A DNA stretch of 64,000 nt from Octopus vulgaris. Its lineage: Eukaryota. Below the pieces are notes generated by a model, which was given only the letters and a program-made list of their open reading frames with translations, was not told where the DNA came from and ran no database searches. The first letter of the stretch is position 1, and each line of letters begins with the position of its first letter. Positions 56,775 through 64,000 of the stretch are shown in pieces. The DNA lies in contig OX597832.1 in the NCBI GenBank assembly GCA_951406725.2, positions 24,924,001 to 24,988,000 on the forward strand. The letters run 5' to 3'. Made by a program: the position numbers and the translations under genes.

Positions 56775-57356
56775 AAATATAATATAAGAGAGTGGTCACT
56801 ATGTGGTCCACTCTTGCACTAGAAATGGCTCCGATAGGTTTCAACCACAAAATATATATGCTTCACGTGAAAGTCAGTACGATTGTTAGCTCAAACGAAC
56901 AGGGCAAATAAAATAACAAAATACAGATTATTTTGGGACAATTGTTTCGCTGTTATTGAATCAAATGTAATTACTTACATCAAATTCACTTGCAGCTCAT
57001 CAGCCAAAACTTATCCGAATATAATTAACTCGATCACACGCCAGATTTTTACCATAACGATAAATACACGTGTGGTCCAGCCAATTACACTCACCGTTAT
57101 AATTTAAATGCCCCTATATTTTGTTATTTTATTTGCCCTGTTCGTTTGAGCTAACAATCGTACTGACTTTCACGTGAAGCATATATAATCGGAGCCATTT
57201 CTAGTGCAAGAGTGGACCACATAGTGACCACTCTCTTATATTATATTTGTTTATGTATAAAAGGTGATAATAATCCAGGTTTCTGTATGCACTGGGCCAC
57301 TCGGTGTTGAATAGCGTTACTATTAAATTAGTATCTAATTCTATCACCCTTATTAA

Positions 57357-57360
<4 letters not shown>
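56775..57360. mobile_element. Putative Penelope pseudo-LTR insertion with inverted duplication, embedded in (TA)n
   Basis: 56775-56923 is the reverse complement of 57117-57248, apart from one ~17-nt indel. The spacer contains a canonical hammerhead. Confidence 0.75.
56931..57009 (-). ncRNA. Type-I hammerhead ribozyme, best-preserved example
   Basis: Minus strand: UUUUGG-CUGAUGA-GCUG(40 nt, itself a hairpin)CAGC-GAAA-CAAUUG-UC-CCAAAA. All core residues are canonical, stems I and II are perfect, helix III is palindromic, and the site is GUC. Confidence 0.9.
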
Positions 57361-57404
<44 letters not shown>

Positions 57405-57445
57405 TTAATAAGGGTGATAGAATTAGATACTAATTTAATAGTATC

Positions 57446-57504
<59 letters not shown>

Positions 57505-57612
57505 CGTGACCGACCAGGCTATTAGATGTTGCTCACATCGCTGTTCACAATGTGCTTCGCATTGTTTTAGAACTTCAAATGACGCCATCCCGCTGGCTAA
57601 GCGAGCAGGCTA

Positions 57613-57653
<41 letters not shown>

Positions 57654-58152
57654 TATATACGCATATATATACACATATATATTACATGTATATATACATG
57701 TACGTGCACATGTGTATGTATACATTCACGTATGCGTGTGTGAATGTGTGTATATGTTGCGTTGTGTTGTGTACGTGTGTGTGTGTGTGTGTATACGGAA
57801 AAACATTATGTTATCCATTTACTGGTTTCAGTTATTGGTCTGCGGTGCTACTGTTTCGCAACCTTCAAAGATTATATTTAATCATATCGAGCGCAGAACA
57901 TATTTCAATCTTGTACGTAAATTATCGAATTCCATTTTTAAGCAACAATGATTCTTCTTTTCAGAAAGTCAGACAAACACACCCACACACGCGCTTGCAC
58001 GCTCGGACAGACACACTGACACACAAACACACATGTAGATATATAAAAATGCTTAAGCACAAAATCGTTTCATATCAAGACAAAAGACTCATAGTATAAC
58101 ACAATGTCATCAATCCCAAATGTACAAGTTATGTAAAGACCCCGGTCAAACC

Positions 58153-58368
58153 TCTCTCTTTCTCTTTTCTCTTTTACTTGTTTCAGTCATTTGACTGTGG
58201 CCATGCTGGAGCACCGCCTTTAGTCGAGCAAATCGACCCCAGGACTTATTCTTTGCAAGACTAGTACTTATTCTATCGGGCTCTTTTTGCCGAACCACAA
58301 GGTACGGGGACGTAAACACACCAGCATCGGTTGTCAAGCGATGTTGGGGGGAAAACATAGACATACAA

Positions 58369-58408
<40 letters not shown>

Positions 58409-58578
58409 GTATATATGACGGGCTTCTTTCAGTTTCCGTCTACGAAATCCACTCACAAGGCTTTGGTCGGCCCGAGGCTATAGTAGAAGACACATGCCCA
58501 AGGTGCCACGCAGTGGGGCTGCACCCGGAATCATGTGGTTGGTAAGCAAGCTACTTACCACACAGCCACTCCTGCACC
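58153..58578 (-). mobile_element. SINE-B full length
   Basis: Matches the other SINE-B copies. Confidence 0.9.
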
Positions 58579-58889
58579 TCTTCAAAATTAGAGACGAGCT
58601 AACTTTAGATATAAACCTTCAATATGTAAAACTATTAGACATTTCTTGAAACCCTGAGAACGTTACCTGTGATCCTTACAGATTATCGAAATGAGAAAAC
58701 CCACTGAAACGAATAATCATGGATTTCAGTCCCCACCCTCTTGAAACATCTTCAAAATATTGGATCTTTCTGTACAGCAGATAATCAGACAAAACCATCG
58801 TTTAACAAAGCAGTCTATAATTATGATGACGAATTAACAGTTAGCTGCTATGAAGACAATATGAAACAGAGAGGCATTGACTGCAACAC

Positions 58890-59275
58890 CACACAAATTT
58901 TCTATTCTCTATCTCATGGTCACACTGAATCATAAAACCCCATAGGATCTTTGCCTTTCTATTTTCGGCGATGCCCTCAGGTTTGTGGTCCTACCAATTA
59001 TTTACTCTGTCAAGTCTATACTTGTTGCAAAGTGTCCAATGGACAATCAGAGCTATATTGTTGTGGCGACTCTTATATTCCTTCTGGGCTAGTGTCGTAC
59101 ATTGGCTGGTAATATGCCATACGGTTTCACTGTTTTGTCCACAGATTCTGCACTTATCACTTTCTGTTGTGTTGTTTATTCTGTATTTTATGTAGTTTGT
59201 TGTTAGTGCTTGCTTTTGGGCAGCACGGATTAGAGCCTCCGTTTCTGGTTTTAAATCACTTTTAGTCATCCACAT
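58890..59275 (-). pseudogene. R4/Dong-type non-LTR retrotransposon fragment (CCHC zinc knuckle and RHN motif)
   Basis: ORF 58991-59275 reads 'LKPETEALIRAAQKQAL..CRICGQNSETVWHITSQCTTLAQKEYKSRHN' and continues '*DHKPEGIAENRKAKILWGFMIQCDHEIENRK'. Confidence 0.9.
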
Positions 59276-59277
59276 AC

Positions 59278-59432
59278 CTTATTGCCACCTGGGCATGATA
59301 AATCTATGATCCAGCATAGTTTGCTTTCTTTCTCAATTAAGACTATGTCCGGCTTCCAATTCTTTATCTCACGGTCGCACCGAATCATAAAATCCCATAG
59401 GATCTTTGCACTTTTATTTTCAACGATGCCTA
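59278..59432 (-). pseudogene. R4/Dong restriction-like endonuclease fragment
   Basis: 'GIVENKSAKILWDFMIRCDREIKNWKPDIVLIEKESKLCWIIDLSCPGGNK' contains the K-PD..D catalytic region. Confidence 0.85.
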
Positions 59433-59579
59433 TTATTATATCATGAAAAATCTCAGCTGTATTTTGAGTATGATGGATAGTGTCTGCTCTTCACAGCTAG
59501 CAGACTAAAGTAGTAATTGTTTACCGATTACGTTTCAAAAACTCTGCGAAGGTTTCTTAAAGTCCCAAATAATGATGAT

Positions 59580-59920
59580 TTTGTTCTTAGGTTTCCTATC
59601 TTTACACTCGTTCCAATCTTTTTTGAGCTATGTTAGTAGTTGAATACCGATACTTCGAAGCGCACCAATCACCATTAGTATCCTGTCCACTTCCTTCACT
59701 GCCCACGACCAGCGTATTTCCCTTTTCGTCAATTCATCTTCATTGTTGACTTTTTCTTCTTCTTTCTCTTCAATCCCGTTGTCACCAGGACATGCTATGT
59801 GTCAATTACCAGGCAGGATTATTTTTGTTTTATTTTCTGTTCACTACTACGATGTGAGGTATTCGAAGTTTAATCTGGAGATCACACTGAATCATTGCAT
59901 CCTACGAGATTTTGCAATCC
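59580..59920 (-). pseudogene. Second, more diverged R4/Dong endonuclease C-terminal fragment abutting (ATT)n
   Basis: Frameshifted 'KIS*DAMIQCD...IACPGDNGIEEKEEEKVNNEDEL...IGALRSIG'. Confidence 0.75.
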
Positions 59921-60320
<400 letters not shown>

Positions 60321-60321
60321 C

Positions 60322-61158
60322 CGAGGCAGCGAGCTTGCAGAATAGTTAGCACGCCGGGAAAAATGCTTAGCAGTATTTCGTCTGCCGCTACGTTCTGAGT
60401 TCAAATTCCGCCGAGGTCGACTTTGCCTTTCACGGACAAACGGATTAAGTCGATTATATTGACCCCAGTGCGTAACTGGTACTTAATTTATCGACCCCGA
60501 AAGGATGAAAGGCAAAGTCGACCTCGGTGGAATTTGAACTCAGAACGTAGCGGCAGACGAAATACCTATTTCTTTACTACCCACAAGAGGCTAAACACAG
60601 AGGGGACAAGCAAGGACAGACAAACGGATTAAGTCGATTGTATTGACCCCAGTGCGTAACTGGTACTTAATTTATCGACCCCGAAAGGATGAAAAGCAAA
60701 GTCGACCTCGGCGGAATTTGAACTCAGAACGTAGCGGCAGACGAAATACCTATTTCTTTACTACTCACAAGAGGCTAAACACAGAGAGGACAAATAAGGA
60801 CAGACAAACGGATTAAGTCGATTATATTGACCCCAGTGCGTAACTGGTACTTATTTAATCGACCCCGAAAGGATGGAAGGCAAAGTCAACCTCGGCGGAA
60901 TTTGAACTCAGAACGTAGCGGCAGACGAAATACCTATTTCTTTACTACCCACAAGAGGCTAAACACAGAGAGGACAAACAAGGACAGACAAACGGATTAA
61001 GTCGATTATATTGACCCCAGTGCGTAACTGGTACTTAATCTATCGACCTCGAAAGGATGAAAGGCAAAGTCGACCTCGGCGGAACTTGATCTCAGAACGT
61101 AGCGGCAGACGAATACCGCTGAGCATTTCGCCCGGCGTGCTAATGTTTCCGCCAGCTC
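60322..61158. mobile_element. SINE-A array: plus-strand head (60322-60431) fused to a minus-strand head-to-tail tetramer (60432-61158, 184-nt period)
   Basis: Junction GAAATACC|TATTTCTTT ends at 60566, 60750 and 60934. A single head lies at ~61110-61158. Confidence 0.9.
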
Positions 61159-61518
61159 CTAATACCGATAGCCTACTATGAGGAGAACTTTACTATAATT
61201 ACAGCAATGGCAAACTAAAATAAATCCTCATCTTATATGGCAATTTAAAAGGCAGCCTACATTTGCCTCTACCAGCACTTACTTTTATTTCAGTGATGAA
61301 TATATGTATGGAAATCGAAAGCAAATATCCTGCTACTTTGTCAATATTATCAATTGGGTGTAAAATCTGATGCTGTGAATAACTAAAAAAAACTACCCGT
61401 GCTGTCTGAAGACTGATGTCACATTCGGATTCTGCACCCCAATTTTACCCTAAATCTGCTGAAAATGTTTTAAATAGCATGAAAAATTTTTAAGTTGTTG
61501 CACAGTGTTATTATTATC

Positions 61519-61900
61519 CGGGGTGTCGAGCTGGCAGAAACGTTAGCATGCCGGGCGAAATACTTAGCGGTATTTCGTCTGACGCTGCGTTCTGAGTTCA
61601 AATTCCGCCGAGGTCGACTTTGCCTTTCATCCTTTCGGGGTCGATAAATTAAGTACCAGTTACGCACTGGGGTTCGATGTAATCGACTTAATCCGTTTGT
61701 CTGTCCTTGTTCGTCCTCTCTGTGTTTAGCCCCTTGTGGGTAGTAAAGAAATGGGTATTTCGTCTATCTTTACATTGTGAGTTCTAATCCAGTCAAAGTC
61801 AACTTTGCCTGCCATTCTTTCGGGGTCGATAAGAAAAGTACCAGTTCCGTTCTGCGGTCCCTATAATCGACGCTTCCTACCCTCAAAATCTGCCGGTTCC
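61519..61900 (+). mobile_element. SINE-A full copy (61519-61752) joined to an older diverged body (61753-61900)
   Basis: Junction AAAGAAATG|GGTATTTCGTC at ~61753. Confidence 0.85.
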
Positions 61901-62379
61901 GTGCCGAATGTTCCGGTTTAATCCATTATATTTCCTCAGAGACAAAACGAACGGACGAAAGCAATGAGGCGTTAAGCAGATACAAACACGCACGCATACA
62001 CACAGAAACCCAAATGAACTAGCATACACACGCACACACAGGTGTTTGGGCACACACACACACACACACACATACACTCACATACATTCATGCATAAATA
62101 CATACATATTACATACATACACATATACATTCAATGATTGATTAGTTGCTAAACATCACATTGATACTGGACAATAAGTTCAAGAATAAGCGGGAGAACC
62201 TCACACCCAAATGCAAACACACGCGCACACGCACACACGCACCCCTCACACACACACATGCAAACACATACTCCATGATATAGTGGGAGTAATGAGAGGG
62301 GAACTTAAGAGATATACAGGCTGGTGCTATAAAGATAAACAGCCAAAACGATGGTTTTAAGAGTTGACAAAGATCTAGG

Positions 62380-63052
<673 letters not shown>

Positions 63053-63568
63053 ATAACGGATAGCATGGAAAATGGTGTCAGAGAGCACGGGTGCATATAA
63101 CTCAGGGAATTAGGAGGAGAAAGACAATAAGTGCTTTTACGATCAGAAATTCTGTTTCGAACTTTTATACTATGTAACAAATGTAGAAGTTCTTTGCTTC
63201 CATATCTTAGTTGTTGTTGCTGTTGTTGTTGTTGCTCTGTGTAAACCAATTAACTTTTTATTAAATAAATAAATATTACAGATTAAAATGTTCGCTTAAT
63301 AACATTGTTTAAACGGTCGAAAAAAAATGAATAGAAAATTAGTAAAATTCACTATCTAAAATTTCATATTCCCATTATGTTTGTATTATAATAATTGTTA
63401 TGCGTCTTTTCTGCTTTATTTTTTAAGTAATTTATGCTTAAAATTCAATATTTTAAATTACTTTTTGTTCAATTTTTTTTTTTTTGTTTTCTTGCTGACG
63501 CTTGGTATCATTGTTGCATGGATTGTATTTTCCTGATTTTTATATTCTTCATTTGCTTAAGAAATTTA

Positions 63569-63703
63569 TTTCTTTGTTTTACCATTTTTGTTAGTATGTT
63601 TTTCTTTGTTTTACCATTTTTGTTAGTATGTTTTTCTTTGTTTTACCATTTTTGTTCGTATGTTTTTCTTTGTTTTACCATTTTTGTTAGTATGTTTTTC
63701 TTT
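63569..63703. repeat. 32-bp minisatellite x4
   Basis: The unit is TTTCTTTGTTTTACCATTTTTGTTAGTATGTT. ACCATTT recurs at 63581, 63613, 63645 and 63677. Confidence 0.9.
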
Positions 63704-64000
63704 CGTTCTACCGATCGTTAGGGTTTCCAGATTGTATTTATAAGCAATTTACCATACGTTAAGCATTCCTGAAGGTTACAAGAGTTCCATTCATTAGAAT
63801 TCCACAATAAACAAAAAGCCTCAATGCATTTCGTTTCGTCAAATTACTCTCTCTCTCCAGTTTTAAATCCCACCGGCTTTCCTTGCTTTCACTCGTGCAT
63901 CTCAAAGGTATTCGATCAAATAAGTAATTAGATGTAATACTACTGCCCGGATTCATGTATAATAGTGATGGCTGTGTAGGTGTTGGCAGTGGTAGTGATG

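Noticed and set aside
60432-61158. Regularly spaced repeats suggestive of a CRISPR array
   Set aside because: The whole 184-nt unit repeats, with no unique spacers, no cas genes and a eukaryotic context.

Overview
This is AT-rich, microsatellite-saturated eukaryotic non-coding DNA (intergenic or one large intron). The SINE families and repeat landscape look like an octopus/coleoid cephalopod genome; that is inferred from pattern recognition, not from a search. No intact protein-coding gene is supportable, and almost all listed ORFs are translations of (TA)n, (CA)n, (GATA)n, (ATT)n tracts or SINEs. The window holds three tRNA-derived SINE families (here A, B, C), hAT, Tigger-like and fold-back MITEs, Helentron/Helitron-type pieces, and decayed fragments of R4/Dong, RTE, CR1/Jockey-like, Tc1/mariner and Penelope-like elements. 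Two signals stand out. First, about ten minimal type-I hammerhead-ribozyme motifs with palindromic helix III occur, several with non-canonical cores, mostly 65-190 nt 5' of a microsatellite; one lies directly behind a Penelope GIY-YIG endonuclease remnant. Second, SINE-A repeatedly joins its 3' end to the same nucleotide (GGTATTTC) inside other SINE-A copies, with 8 junctions, one carrying a 16-bp TSD, and a 184-nt head-to-tail array; this suggests a self-targeting SINE. All coordinates were read by eye and may be off by a few bases.
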